From positions 768,001 through 832,000 of the forward strand of contig CBDCYI010000011.1 in the NCBI GenBank assembly GCA_965224085.1: a stretch of 64,000 bases of DNA, written 5' to 3'. Of the stretch, positions 1 to 9,896 are shown in pieces (the stretch's first letter is position 1; each line of letters starts with the position of its first letter). Position numbers and translations under genes: made by a program. The stretch comes from Candidatus Marinacidobacterales bacterium (GTDB lineage Bacteria > Acidobacteriota > Vicinamibacteria > Marinacidobacterales > SMYC01). Under the pieces are notes generated by a model. That model searched no databases. It was not told where the DNA came from and saw only the letters and a list, made by a program, of their open reading frames with translations.

Positions 1-354
1 CTTCTTGAACGAAAGAGCACCGCTGTCGCTTCGTCAACGTGGGCAGAGACCCTATCAGCGCGAACGCAAGCTCTTTTTTCAAATCGCGTCGAGAACATTG
101 TCAAGACAAAAATGAGCTCAACGCAATTTTTTTTTCAACTCTTCCCGGACAGAGCTGGAAACGATGCCCCCGCCCGCGATCTTGTAGCTTGCGTCGGTCG
201 GGTAAGCAGTTGTGAATTTCCCCTTCGGCGCGGTAACGGGAGAACGGAGGTCGGATGATCAAAGTTCACTCGGGGCAAGTCCGCTAGCACTCGAAAAAAG
301 CCGCCATCGTCGGGAACTCCTTGGTAGAATAAAAGTATTCAATCGGTAAGAAGA

Positions 355-1014
355 ATGGGAGTGCAACGTACACTTTGGGCGCTTTTTCTGCTCCTTTCCG
401 CGACCCTCGCTTCGGCTCAATCGCTGGGAGACGTCGCGCGCAAAGAAAAGAAACGAAGGGAACAGAATCAACGATTAGGGGCCACGGCCCGTGTGATAAC
501 CGAGGCCGAAGTTGGCCGGGGCCCGGACGTCGTCACGCGACCAGGAAGCGAGCTCGACAGCAACGCGGATGTCGGCCCCGCTGCTCCCGTCATGCCACCA
601 GGAGCCCCGGCCCCCGACTTCTCGCTCCTTGACCGCTCCGGTCGTTCGTACTCTCTCGCGAACTTTCGCGGTCGGCCGCTGCTGATCGATTTCTGGGCAA
701 CCTGGTGTGGTCCCTGCCGCAAGACCATGCCCGAGATCCAGACTTGGCACCGGAAATACGGGCGCGAGCTTCAAGTCGTTGGGATCAACATCGAAGGCAA
801 CAGCCCGGACGTTCTCGCTTATCTCGACGAGGGTGGCTACACCTTCCCAGTGTTGTTCGATTTGGGAAACTGGGACTCGATCGTCGCGACGAGCTACGGC
901 GTGAACTCGATCCCTCATACGTTTCTCATCGATCGGGACAGTCGAGTTTTGTACGCGGGTCATCCTCAAGGGCTGACCGAGGAGCATATCCAAGCAGCCA
1001 TCGCGGCCCGCTAG
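355..1014 (+). CDS. Exported TlpA/ResA-family thiol-disulfide oxidoreductase
   Basis: Signal peptide; DFWATWCGPC thioredoxin motif; APDFSL and IPHTFLID motifs. Confidence 0.9.
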   Translation: MGVQRTLWALFLLLSATLASAQSLGDVARKEKKRREQNQRLGATARVITEAEVGRGPDVVTRPGSELDSNADVGPAAPVMPPGAPAPDFSLLDRSGRSYSLANFRGRPLLIDFWATWCGPCRKTMPEIQTWHRKYGRELQVVGINIEGNSPDVLAYLDEGGYTFPVLFDLGNWDSIVATSYGVNSIPHTFLIDRDSRVLYAGHPQGLTEEHIQAAIAAR

Positions 1015-1051
1015 GAATCCGCCAGCCCCGCGACTCGGGGAGCTCGTTGGG

Positions 1052-1915
1052 CTACTGAGGGATCATCGACGGAGGAACTCCCGTGCGCTTGCTCCCCATA
1101 TTCTTCCACGCGTCGTAGCGCAGTCGGAGTGTCTTCATCGGGTTTGCGTTCTCGTGCGGCTCGATGTCCTCGTCGGTCACACTGATATAGACGTAGTAGT
1201 CGCCGTCATTGTGCGACCGTCCCACCGCGTCGTCTTGGTTCGCGATCGCGATATAGGCGACATGAGACGTCTTACCGTCGCACGGGGCCGCGGGCTTGGG
1301 CGCCTCCTCGCATGTACAGCGTTGGTCCCCGCCGGCTTTGTCAGCACCTTCCATCGCGGCCATGACGCGATCGGCGAGCGTTCCCTTTGCGCGGGTGAAC
1401 GCGAGCGCGGCGTCTCTGGCCACGTTGTCGCTGAACAGGATGTTTCCTTGAACTTGAAAGAAGATGTCCTCTCCGACCTCACCCGACACGTAGAGCGCGG
1501 CGGCGCGGTTGTTCTCCCCGTTGAACCCCGCCGTGCGGCCTTGCATGTCGACGATACCGAACTGACGGCGTTCCATTTGAGGCTCGCCCTTCGCGTTCTC
1601 GTGCTCCCGGAGAAGCTCGATGATGCGTTCGGGCGCCGTTCCCTTTTTCAGCTCCTCGTAGACAATCATCTGGTTCGAGCGTGTGTTGTCGACCCCGGCT
1701 TGACATGCGGCGACACCCATGCCGGGAACGATCACCGCCTGGACGTCCATCAAATCGCGCGACGGCCGGGGAGGGAAGCGGGCCTGAGGCACGCACGTTG
1801 CCGAGGCGATGATCACTTGTCCGGTGCTTCGGTCCACGGTAATGACCGACCACGTCGCGAAGGCAGACGTTTGCAGACACGACCAGGCAATAAGCGTCAG
1901 AACGGCAGTTTTCAC
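1052..1915 (-). CDS. DUF1028-like Ntn-hydrolase family secreted protein
   Basis: Signal peptide followed by TWSVI (N-terminal Thr); RQFGIVD, VQGNIL and GGDQR motifs. Confidence 0.75.
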   Translation of the reverse strand: MKTAVLTLIAWSCLQTSAFATWSVITVDRSTGQVIIASATCVPQARFPPRPSRDLMDVQAVIVPGMGVAACQAGVDNTRSNQMIVYEELKKGTAPERIIELLREHENAKGEPQMERRQFGIVDMQGRTAGFNGENNRAAALYVSGEVGEDIFFQVQGNILFSDNVARDAALAFTRAKGTLADRVMAAMEGADKAGGDQRCTCEEAPKPAAPCDGKTSHVAYIAIANQDDAVGRSHNDGDYYVYISVTDEDIEPHENANPMKTLRLRYDAWKNMGSKRTGVPPSMIPQ

Positions 1916-2014
1916 GACAACCTCCCTCGAGTTGGATCTTTTTTATTATTGCCATTATTGGCCGGGAGCGATCGGCGAAACAACGTGTCCCGGTTTCGCA
2001 TAAGCTTAGGGCCC

Positions 2015-2752
2015 GTGACGGATCCAAAACTCGACGAAGCCCGTGAGCTCCTGGAACAAGGCGCCCTTGAAGAGGGTCTCGAGCTAGTCGATGGGCTCGA
2101 GGGTTCTGAAGCGTCCTATCTCGCCGCCTTCGCGCTCTTCGGACTCGGCGAGCTCGAGACGGCGCTCACGATGTGCCGGCAGGCGTCCGATCTTGCAGAG
2201 ACGTGCTATCTCGAAGCCGTCATTTTTCTGTGTCTCGTGCGTGTGGACGAAGCGCTCGCTTCGGCGCGGCGCGCCGTCGAGCTCGAGCCCGACTGGGCCG
2301 ACAGCCACCACGTTTTGGGGCTCGTTCGGACCCAACGAGGCGAGATCGAACAAGCGGATCGGAGCTTCCAGAGAGCGTCGGAGCTCGCGCCGGACGACTT
2401 CGAGAAACCGTTTCGCCTCGCCCCTGAAGCGTTCGATCGAGCCGTCGAGGAGGCGCTCGGTCTGCTGCCCGAGGAATTCGCACAATATCTGGAGAACGTC
2501 GAGGTCGCTGTCGAAGAAGTGCCGATGGAGGAGTTGATGCAGTCGGGCTCTAGCTTCGATGATCTGGGACTCTACATCGGAGCGTCCATCCTATCGGACG
2601 ACTGGGACTTTCCCGATCGCATCCTTTTGTTCCAGCGGAATCTGGAGAACATCTCGCCCGACCGCGAGACGCTCATCCGCGAGATCCGCGACACGGTGCT
2701 CCACGAAGTCGGCCATCACATGGGGCTCGAAGAAGACGAGCTCCCGTTCTAA
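2015..2752 (+). CDS. TPR-repeat protein with C-terminal zincin-like metallopeptidase domain
   Basis: TPR helices, then LGLY..RILLF..TVLHEVGHHMG (HExxH); GTG start at 2015 chosen within the longer ORF. Confidence 0.8.
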   Translation: MTDPKLDEARELLEQGALEEGLELVDGLEGSEASYLAAFALFGLGELETALTMCRQASDLAETCYLEAVIFLCLVRVDEALASARRAVELEPDWADSHHVLGLVRTQRGEIEQADRSFQRASELAPDDFEKPFRLAPEAFDRAVEEALGLLPEEFAQYLENVEVAVEEVPMEELMQSGSSFDDLGLYIGASILSDDWDFPDRILLFQRNLENISPDRETLIREIRDTVLHEVGHHMGLEEDELPF

Positions 2753-2864
2753 CCTGGTCGCATTTCGCCGCCTCCATTCCGAGTCTCCCGCTCGTTCCGG
2801 GTTGCGCGCATTCGCGTCGGGACGCGCTACAATACGCTGTTTCACGCCGACTAGGAGGTTCCAC

Positions 2865-4139
2865 TTGCTTTCGAAACAAGACGCCCTCGACTACCACAGA
2901 AGCGGTCGTCGCGGAAAGATTGAGATCCGAGCCACCAAGCCTACGCGCACCCAGCGAGATCTTTCGCTCGCCTACAGCCCCGGTGTCGCGGAGCCGTGCC
3001 TTGAGATCAAAGCGAACCCGGAGGATGTTTTCACCTATACGACCAAAGGCAACATGGTCGCGGTCGTGACCAACGGCACCGCCGTGCTCGGGCTCGGCAA
3101 TATCGGGCCGCTCGCGGCGAAGCCCGTGATGGAAGGCAAGGGGGTCCTCTTCAAAACGTTCGCGGATATCGACGTTTTCGATATCGAGCTCGACACGCCC
3201 GATCCTGACGATCTCATCCGGGTCGTCAGAGCGCTCGAGCCGACTTTCGGCGGCATCAACCTCGAGGACATCAAAGCGCCGGATTGTTTCTACATCGAGG
3301 AGACGCTCAAAAAGGAGATGGGCATCCCCGTGTTCCACGACGACCAGCACGGGACGGCGATCATCTCGGGGGCCGCGTTCTTGAACTGGCTCGTGATTGC
3401 GGAAAAGGACGTTTCCAAGGTCAAGCTCGTTATCAATGGCGCCGGCGCGGCCGGCATCGCTTGTGCGGACATCGCCGAGAATCTCGGCGTCTCGCATGAC
3501 AACGTTATTATGTGCGACTCCAAGGGCGTCATCTATAAGGGCCGCGGTGAGGGGATGAACCCCTACAAAGAGCGCTATGCCCACGACACCAAGGCGCGCT
3601 CGCTGGCCGACGCGATGGAGAACTCCGACATCTTTTTGGGGCTCTCGATCAAGGGCGCGGTCAGCAAAGAGATGGTCGCTACGATGGGGGACAACCCGCT
3701 CGTCATGGCGATGGCCAATCCCGATCCAGAGATCAGCTGGGAAGACGCTATGTCCGTTCGAGATGATGTCATCATGGCGACCGGTCGTTCAGACTTTCCG
3801 AATCAGGTCAACAACGTGCTCGGCTTTCCCTCCATCTTTCGCGGGGCGCTCGACGTCCGGGCGCGCGCGATCAATACGGAGATGAAGATTGCAGCGACCC
3901 ATGCGCTCGCCGACCTCGCAAAGGAAGACGTCCCCGAGGTCGTCATGAAAGCCTATGGTGTCGACTCGATGCGGTTCGGGCCTGATTACATCATCCCGAC
4001 GCCTTTCGACCCGCGGGTGCTCACCTGGGAGGCCCCAGCGGTTGCGAGGGCGGCGATGGAGACGAGGGTCGCGCGCGCCGAGATCGACATCGAAGCTTAC
4101 CCGGGCCAGCTCGAGACGCGCCTCGGCCCGCGGACTTGA
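2865..4139 (+). CDS. maeB: NAD(P)-dependent malic enzyme (MaeB-type ME domain, no PTA domain)
   Basis: [46 protein letters not shown] motifs; AGGAGG RBS before TTG at 2865. Confidence 0.9.
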   Translation: MLSKQDALDYHRSGRRGKIEIRATKPTRTQRDLSLAYSPGVAEPCLEIKANPEDVFTYTTKGNMVAVVTNGTAVLGLGNIGPLAAKPVMEGKGVLFKTFADIDVFDIELDTPDPDDLIRVVRALEPTFGGINLEDIKAPDCFYIEETLKKEMGIPVFHDDQHGTAIISGAAFLNWLVIAEKDVSKVKLVINGAGAAGIACADIAENLGVSHDNVIMCDSKGVIYKGRGEGMNPYKERYAHDTKARSLADAMENSDIFLGLSIKGAVSKEMVATMGDNPLVMAMANPDPEISWEDAMSVRDDVIMATGRSDFPNQVNNVLGFPSIFRGALDVRARAINTEMKIAATHALADLAKEDVPEVVMKAYGVDSMRFGPDYIIPTPFDPRVLTWEAPAVARAAMETRVARAEIDIEAYPGQLETRLGPRT

Positions 4140-4171
4140 AATCACGTTCTGACGCCTAGGGTCGCGGGCCC

Positions 4172-4888
4172 TTACGGCGCCGTCCACGCGCTTTCGGAGT
4201 TCGGACGTGCCGACCCGTTGCGGAGCTTGTGGTAGCAGGGAGCCAAAGTTCCTGCGGGGACGCCGATCGTGTAGAGCGAGACCATCGACCAGTTCAAGAG
4301 CGTCGTTGCGAGCGGACCGAGTTTTTGCCAATGGCGCCGGCCCGTCGTGATCGGCACGTTCAGTTGCACGAGCTTGCCCATCCTTCTGAGCGCACGAACG
4401 AGGGCGACGTCTTCCATGAAAGGAAGCTCGGGATAGCCACCCACTTGGTCGAACGCACTCCTACGGAGGAACAGTCCTTGGTCCCCATAGGGGATCCCCA
4501 GATGACGGGCGCGGAAGTTCGACGTCGCAGCGATGAGCTTGAGGCCCCAGCTGGCGTCCCGAATGCGCAAGCTAAACGCTCCGCCCACGGTCTTTTTATC
4601 TTCGAGCGCTACCATTACTTTATCGCGTGTATCGGGTCCGAGGACACAGTCCGCATGGACAAATAGGAGGACGTCGCCTGCGGCAGCTTGGGCGCCGCGG
4701 TTCATCTGTGGGGCGCGGCCGCGCTCGCCCGTGACCACCCGCGCACCATGACGTTCAGCGATGGAGACGGTCTCGTCGGTGCTGCCGCCGTCGGAGACGA
4801 TGAGCTCTGCTCCTGGCGGCAAGGCTTCGAGGGTTGTGGAAAGTGTCTCCGCTTCGTTCAGAGTAGGAACGATCACAGCGAGCTCCAT
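4172..4888 (-). CDS. GT2 glycosyltransferase, TIGR04283-like (arsenosugar-associated family)
   Basis: VPTLNEA, DGGSTD, GRAxQMNxGA, LLFVHAD, YGDQGLF, PFMED motifs. Confidence 0.8.
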   Translation of the reverse strand: MELAVIVPTLNEAETLSTTLEALPPGAELIVSDGGSTDETVSIAERHGARVVTGERGRAPQMNRGAQAAAGDVLLFVHADCVLGPDTRDKVMVALEDKKTVGGAFSLRIRDASWGLKLIAATSNFRARHLGIPYGDQGLFLRRSAFDQVGGYPELPFMEDVALVRALRRMGKLVQLNVPITTGRRHWQKLGPLATTLLNWSMVSLYTIGVPAGTLAPCYHKLRNGSARPNSESAWTAP

Positions 4889-4925
4889 CAGGCGAGCATT
4901 TTACAACATGCTATGCTGGCTTACG

Positions 4926-5927
4926 ATGTCATACCGAGTCACACTCATCCCTGGCGACGGTATTGGCCCCGAAATCACGAAGGCCGCGACCGCGATCCTC
5001 GAAGCGACGGGTGTCGCCTTCGACTGGGTCGAGCTCGAGGCCGGTATCCGCGCTTACGAAAAGACGGGAAACCCGCTCCCGCAGACACTTCTCGACTCCA
5101 TCAAAGAGAACAAAGTTGCCTTCAAAGGTCCACTCACGACTCTCGTCGGGGAAGGCTTCCCGAGTGCTACCGTCGCGCTCCGTAAAGGTCTGGACCTCTA
5201 CGCCAATTTGAGGCCGGTGCGCACGGTCGTGGGCGTCGAGTCGCGCTACGAAGACATCAATCTCGTGATCGTGCGGGAGAACACGGAGGACCTCTATTCC
5301 GGCATCGAGCACATGATCATGCCGGGCGTGACGCAAGGCATGAAGGTGATTACGGCCCACGCTTCCAGCCGCATCGCGCGCTTTGCGTTCGACTATTCGC
5401 AAAAGCGCGGCCGAAAGAAAGTCACGGCCGTCCACAAAGCCAACATCATGAAGCTCACCGATGGGCTCTTTCTCGACAGCGCGGGTGCTATCGCCAAGGA
5501 ATATTCCGGCATCGAGTTCGACGACAAGATCGTCGACAACCTCTGCATGCAGCTCGTCCTGAACCCGCATCAGTTCGACGTTTTGCTGCTTTCTAATCTC
5601 TATGGCGACATCGTCTCCGATCTTTGCGCCGGGCTCGTGGGGGGGCTCGGGATGGTTCCCGCCGCGAATATCGGGGAAGATTGTGCAGTTTTCGAAGCCG
5701 TCCACGGCTCAGCGCCCGATATCGCAGGGAAAGGGATCGCGAACCCGACCGCGCTCACCTTCTCGGGCGTACTCATGCTCCGCCACCTCGGCGAGGACGA
5801 AGCCGCCGACGCGATCTTGAAAGCCATCTTCGCCGTGCTCGAAGACGGCGAGGTGCGGACACGCGATCTCGGCGGAAAGGCCTCGACTCAGGAATATGCC
5901 GAGGCCGTGATCCAGAAGCTCGGCTAA
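4926..5927 (+). CDS. Isocitrate/isopropylmalate dehydrogenase family (probable NAD-dependent IDH)
   Basis: IPGDGIGPE, RENTEDLY, HKANIMK, NLYGDIVSD, EAVHGSAPDIAG motifs. Confidence 0.9.
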   Translation: MSYRVTLIPGDGIGPEITKAATAILEATGVAFDWVELEAGIRAYEKTGNPLPQTLLDSIKENKVAFKGPLTTLVGEGFPSATVALRKGLDLYANLRPVRTVVGVESRYEDINLVIVRENTEDLYSGIEHMIMPGVTQGMKVITAHASSRIARFAFDYSQKRGRKKVTAVHKANIMKLTDGLFLDSAGAIAKEYSGIEFDDKIVDNLCMQLVLNPHQFDVLLLSNLYGDIVSDLCAGLVGGLGMVPAANIGEDCAVFEAVHGSAPDIAGKGIANPTALTFSGVLMLRHLGEDEAADAILKAIFAVLEDGEVRTRDLGGKASTQEYAEAVIQKLG

Positions 5928-6094
5928 GTGGGCTCGACGGCGAAGACGCCGTGTGAGTAGGTTTTCTCGTCCAAGTCGTTGGTCGCCTGCGCCTGAAGAA
6001 GCCAAAGATTCCAGTAGGCAAGGAGCTCGTCGTCAGTAAGGTCCTTTAGAGCCAGGTCCTCCTCGCTGAGGAATTCGTCCCGGAGCTCGTTCAC
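5924..6094 (-). CDS. Small acidic hypothetical protein coupled to the upstream gene
   Basis: GTG start 1 nt after the TAG of 6096..6899; 56 aa helical acidic sequence. Confidence 0.55.
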   Translation of the reverse strand: MNELRDEFLSEEDLALKDLTDDELLAYWNLWLLQAQATNDLDEKTYSHGVFAVEPT

Positions 6095-6095
6095 G

Positions 6096-6899
6096 CTAAG
6101 ACTCCTTTTCAGAAACTGCCACCGATGTAGGAAGTACCGTTGCGGCGCGCTCGACAACCACTGCGTGCGCCTTAGTGAGCGACAGCTCCGCTATTTCTGC
6201 CGCGACGCTCGGCCAGAGCTCGTACCAGCGAGCGGCCGCTGCCACGTAAGACGAAAGCCTCACTTCATTGCGGCGTATGGAGTCCCTCCGTTCGCGGTCG
6301 AGCGCTGCCTCGAGTGGCTTTTGTCCTTCGGAAATCGACGAAAGAATCGGGCGTTCGACGAGTAGCCTCTTTACGAGTCCCGGGGATTTTTCTCCGAGCT
6401 TTAGCAAGTCACGAGCACTCCTGGAGTAGCGGAGCTGAAGCTCGGCATCCTCCATCAGGCGGGCCAACTCTCCTATGATGGCATAGTCGCGCTCTCGGTT
6501 TGTTTTCTTCATCTCCGCGAGCTCTGGAGGATCGAGAAACGGAATCTCACGTCCCGCTTGTTCTCTCCAGATACGCGCTAGGTCGGCCTCGGGAATGCGC
6601 GGCGGACGTGTGAAGAAATCCGTGCGGATGCGCAACGGGTCCTCGCGAAACTCCAAATGAGAGCTCCAGCCTCCAGCCATCCATCGAACGTCGAGCGGCG
6701 CACCGTAGCGATAGCGCGCGCCGTGCGCGTCGAGAACCGAGAGAACGTGCTCTAGCGTGCTTTTATCTTCACGGAGAATCCAATCCCCGTCTTTGCTCAT
6801 AATGGCCAATCGGTGCAGAACCACGGCCTGGCCGCTGCAGATGATCGCGCGCAGCGCGCCTTTGTTGAACTCTTCCGTGAGCTCCAGATAGAGGTTCAT
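6096..6899 (-). CDS. Nucleotidyltransferase-fold hypothetical protein
   Basis: SGQAVVLH..SKDGD resembles the GxxA..DxD motif; LAEMKKTNRERD resembles the KxxxxRxKD motif of MNT/AbiEii-like proteins. Confidence 0.6.
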   Translation of the reverse strand: MNLYLELTEEFNKGALRAIICSGQAVVLHRLAIMSKDGDWILREDKSTLEHVLSVLDAHGARYRYGAPLDVRWMAGGWSSHLEFREDPLRIRTDFFTRPPRIPEADLARIWREQAGREIPFLDPPELAEMKKTNRERDYAIIGELARLMEDAELQLRYSRSARDLLKLGEKSPGLVKRLLVERPILSSISEGQKPLEAALDRERRDSIRRNEVRLSSYVAAAARWYELWPSVAAEIAELSLTKAHAVVVERAATVLPTSVAVSEKES

Positions 6900-6906
6900 T
6901 CAAGAG

Positions 6907-6935
6907 ATGATGTCTCGTTTCTCGCTTGCTGACAA
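6907..6935 (-). promoter_or_regulatory. Putative sigma70 promoter for a leaderless transcript of 6899
   Basis: TTGTCA-N17-CATCAT, 7 nt before the ATG, with no SD. Confidence 0.45.
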
Positions 6936-6979
6936 CTCGCCGAGCACTAGGGCCTTTAAAACTGCTGAATTTTTTTAGG

Positions 6980-7008
6980 TTGCCGCCCTCGAAGCCCGTA
7001 GCTATAAT
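6980..7008 (+). promoter_or_regulatory. Sigma70 promoter of the nuo operon
   Basis: TTGCCG-N17-TATAAT. Confidence 0.65.
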
Positions 7009-7180
7009 ATCTCGCTTGAAAGGCCTAAGAAGCGGCTTCGCGCTTTGAATTTGTTCAAACCAAAGGACTTTTCCAATTCACTAGGCCGGGCTCCGCGCTT
7101 GGGTTGCAGCTGCCCTGTGACGTTGGAATAATGAAAGATTGTGTACCTGTGAGTAACGGGGCGATGTTAGGCGACTGAAC

Positions 7181-7591
7181 ATGCTTGAATACGTTGGAGT
7201 CTTGATGTTCCTCGTCGTGGGCGCGCTGTTCGTGGGTGTCGCCATCGCGGCGTCCAGTCTCGTGCGACCCCACAATCCGACGCGCGAGAAAACGATGCCG
7301 TACGAGTGCGGCGAGACCCCAGTCGGCTCTCCTTGGGGTGTCCAATTCAACATCCGCTTCTACGTCTTCGCCCTCGTGTTTCTCGTGTTCGACGTCGAAG
7401 CCGTGATGCTCGTGCCATGGGCCGTAGTTGTGAAGGAGCTCGGGATGCCCGCGCTCGTGGCCGGCTTCATCTTCATAGGCATGCTCGTGCTCGGGCTTGC
7501 CGACGTCTGGCGCAAAGGTGACCTCGAATGGGTGCGCGAGGAAGAGCGCGAAGCCATCAAGAGCTCGTCTACCGGCACCAAAGCCGCCTGA
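7181..7591 (+). CDS. nuoA: NADH-quinone oxidoreductase subunit A
   Basis: PYECGE, FLVFDVE, three TM helices. Confidence 0.95.
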   Translation: MLEYVGVLMFLVVGALFVGVAIAASSLVRPHNPTREKTMPYECGETPVGSPWGVQFNIRFYVFALVFLVFDVEAVMLVPWAVVVKELGMPALVAGFIFIGMLVLGLADVWRKGDLEWVREEEREAIKSSSTGTKAA

Positions 7592-7609
7592 CCCTGCCGA
7601 AGGAGCGAC

Positions 7610-8137
7610 ATGGACCTCGTCAAAGCGCTAAACAACCAACAGTTCGTTCTGACCAAAGTGGATGCCGTAGTGAACTGGTCGCGCCAGTCGGCGCTCTGGC
7701 CGATGGTTTTTGGTCTCGCGTGCTGCGCCATCGAGATGATGGCGGCGGGCGCGACGCGTTTCGACTGGGACCGCTTCGGTCTCATCCCGCGGGCGACGCC
7801 CCGGCAGTCGGATCTCATGATCGTCGCCGGCACCGTAACCCACAAGATGGGTATTCGCATCAAGCGACTCTACGAGCAGATGGCGGATCCCAAATACGTC
7901 ATCTCGATGGGTAGCTGCGCCAACAATGGCGGTCCCTATTGGCAGTACGGCTACCACGTCGTCAAGGGAGTGGACGAGATCATTCCGGTGGACGTGTATG
8001 TTCCAGGTTGTCCGCCCCGGCCGGAAGCGCTTCTTTACGGAGTCATGGCGCTTCAGGACATCATCCGCGAAAGCTCGATCATGGACGATCCGCGCGAAGG
8101 CCGCCGCGAGCCTACCGCCGTGGAGGTGCCCGTTTGA
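7610..8137 (+). CDS. nuoB: NADH-quinone oxidoreductase subunit B
   Basis: [24 protein letters not shown] (N2 cluster ligands). Confidence 0.97.
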   Translation: MDLVKALNNQQFVLTKVDAVVNWSRQSALWPMVFGLACCAIEMMAAGATRFDWDRFGLIPRATPRQSDLMIVAGTVTHKMGIRIKRLYEQMADPKYVISMGSCANNGGPYWQYGYHVVKGVDEIIPVDVYVPGCPPRPEALLYGVMALQDIIRESSIMDDPREGRREPTAVEVPV

Positions 8138-8691
8138 GCCTCGAGGCCACGGCCGTTCAGCAGAAAGTCGAAGCGAAGTTTCCGGGAAAGATCACTCGAG
8201 CGGAGCTCGAGGTCAAGGACCCTTTCTTGGTCATCGACAAAGATGCCATCATTGACGTCGCGACCTATCTTCGAGAGGAGCCCGAGCTCGCGTTCGAGAT
8301 GCTTCACTGTCACTCGGCAGTCGATTATCTCGGCGCGAAGGACCAAGAAGACCGTATCGAGGTTGTGCTACATCTGACGTCGTTGAAGCACCGGCACTGG
8401 ATCGTGCTGAAAGTCGAGCTTCCCCGGGACAACCCCAAGATGCACACGCTCGAGTCGGTCTGGCCGACGGCCAACTGGCACGAGCGCGAAGCCTATGACC
8501 TCTTCGGGATCGAGTTCGAGGGTCATAGCGATTTCCGCCGCATCTTACTCCCGGAAGATTGGGCCGGACACCCGCTTCGCAAGGATTGGGAGTGGCCTGA
8601 CGAGTGGCACGGCATCAAGGTGAAGCCGGGTGAGAAGTTTGCCGACCGGGCCCAGGGTGGCGAAGACATTGGCATCGGGCCGTTTGATTGA
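8134..8691 (+). CDS. nuoC: NADH-quinone oxidoreductase subunit C
   Basis: [29 protein letters not shown]; TTG start overlaps the nuoB stop. Confidence 0.93.
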   Translation: MSLEATAVQQKVEAKFPGKITRAELEVKDPFLVIDKDAIIDVATYLREEPELAFEMLHCHSAVDYLGAKDQEDRIEVVLHLTSLKHRHWIVLKVELPRDNPKMHTLESVWPTANWHEREAYDLFGIEFEGHSDFRRILLPEDWAGHPLRKDWEWPDEWHGIKVKPGEKFADRAQGGEDIGIGPFD

Positions 8692-8717
8692 GTCTGATTG
8701 AGTTCTGAGGCTTGAGC

Positions 8718-9896
8718 ATGAGCACAGAAGCGCAGTACAAGGATCTGGAGCCGGACGAGGCTTACGCATTCAAGCTCGAGGATCTCGAAGAAGACGAGAT
8801 GATCCTCAACATGGGCCCGCAGCATCCGTCGACTCACGGCGTGTTACGGATCGAGCTCAAGACCGACGGCGAAGTCGTCAAGGATGCGCAGCCGCATATT
8901 GGCTATCTCCACCGGAACTTCGAAAAGCACGCCGAGAACATCGACTATCAAGGCGTCGTCCCGTTCACCGATCGCCTCGATTATGTCGGCTCGATGGGCA
9001 ACAGCTTGAGCTACGCCGTCGCCGGCGAAAAGCTCATGGAGATCGAGGTCAACGACCGAGTCCAATCGATCCGGGTCCTCACCGCCGAGCTTCAGCGGAT
9101 CGCTTCCCATCTTCTCGCTCTCGGAACCTACGGGTTGGATATCGGCGCGTTCACGCCGTTTTTGCACGCGTTTCGCGAGCGCGAGAAAATCCTCGACCTC
9201 TTCGAGTGGCTTTGCGGCGCCCGGCTTCTCTACAACTTCAACTGGATCGGCGGCGTTTCGCACGAATTGCCTGACCAGTGGACGGACAGGGTAAAGATTT
9301 TTCTCGATCAGTTCGAGCCCGTCATCGACGAGCTCCATAATCTTCTGAGCTATAACAAAATTTTCACGAAACGCACGGCGACCGTCGGCATCGTCCCGCC
9401 AGAGTTGGCCATTGGCTACGCGCTCACAGGGCCGAACTTGAGAGGCTCCGGCATCAAGTGGGACACCCGCAAAGAAGATCCTTATTGCGGGTACGAGAAG
9501 TACGCGTTCGACGTGCCCGTCGGGCAGGGCCGCTTCGGGCCGATTGGTTCTTGCTGGGATCGGTACTACGTCCGTGTCGAAGAGATGCGGCAAAGCGTGC
9601 GCATCTTGCGCCAGGCGATCGAGAAGCTCCCGGCGGACGGAGACGTGCACGAGACCGTCCCGAAGCGCGTCAAGCCGAAGCCGGGCGAGGTATATGCCTG
9701 CACGGAAGCGCCGCGCGGCGAGCTCGGCTTCTACATCGTGAGTGACGGCGGGCTCATTCCCATGCGCGTGAAAGCTCGCTCACCGTGCTTCGTGGCCATG
9801 AGCACTTTTCGCGAGATCGCGAAAGGCGAGATGATCGCAGACATGATCGCCATCATTGGAAGCCTCGACATCGTCCTTGGGGAGATCGATCGCTAA
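8718..9896 (+). CDS. nuoD: NADH-quinone oxidoreductase subunit D
   Basis: NMGPQHPSTHGVLR, GYLHR, DRLDY, EAPRGE, C-terminal GEIDR. Confidence 0.97.
   Translation: MSTEAQYKDLEPDEAYAFKLEDLEEDEMILNMGPQHPSTHGVLRIELKTDGEVVKDAQPHIGYLHRNFEKHAENIDYQGVVPFTDRLDYVGSMGNSLSYAVAGEKLMEIEVNDRVQSIRVLTAELQRIASHLLALGTYGLDIGAFTPFLHAFREREKILDLFEWLCGARLLYNFNWIGGVSHELPDQWTDRVKIFLDQFEPVIDELHNLLSYNKIFTKRTATVGIVPPELAIGYALTGPNLRGSGIKWDTRKEDPYCGYEKYAFDVPVGQGRFGPIGSCWDRYYVRVEEMRQSVRILRQAIEKLPADGDVHETVPKRVKPKPGEVYACTEAPRGELGFYIVSDGGLIPMRVKARSPCFVAMSTFREIAKGEMIADMIAIIGSLDIVLGEIDR

Noticed and set aside
284-310. CIRCE element (CTAGCACTC)
   Set aside because: The second half-site GAGTGCTAA is absent
1154-2014. Long N-terminal extension of the 532-aa ORF
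   Set aside because: It is the antisense shadow of the DUF1028 gene; the real start is near 2015
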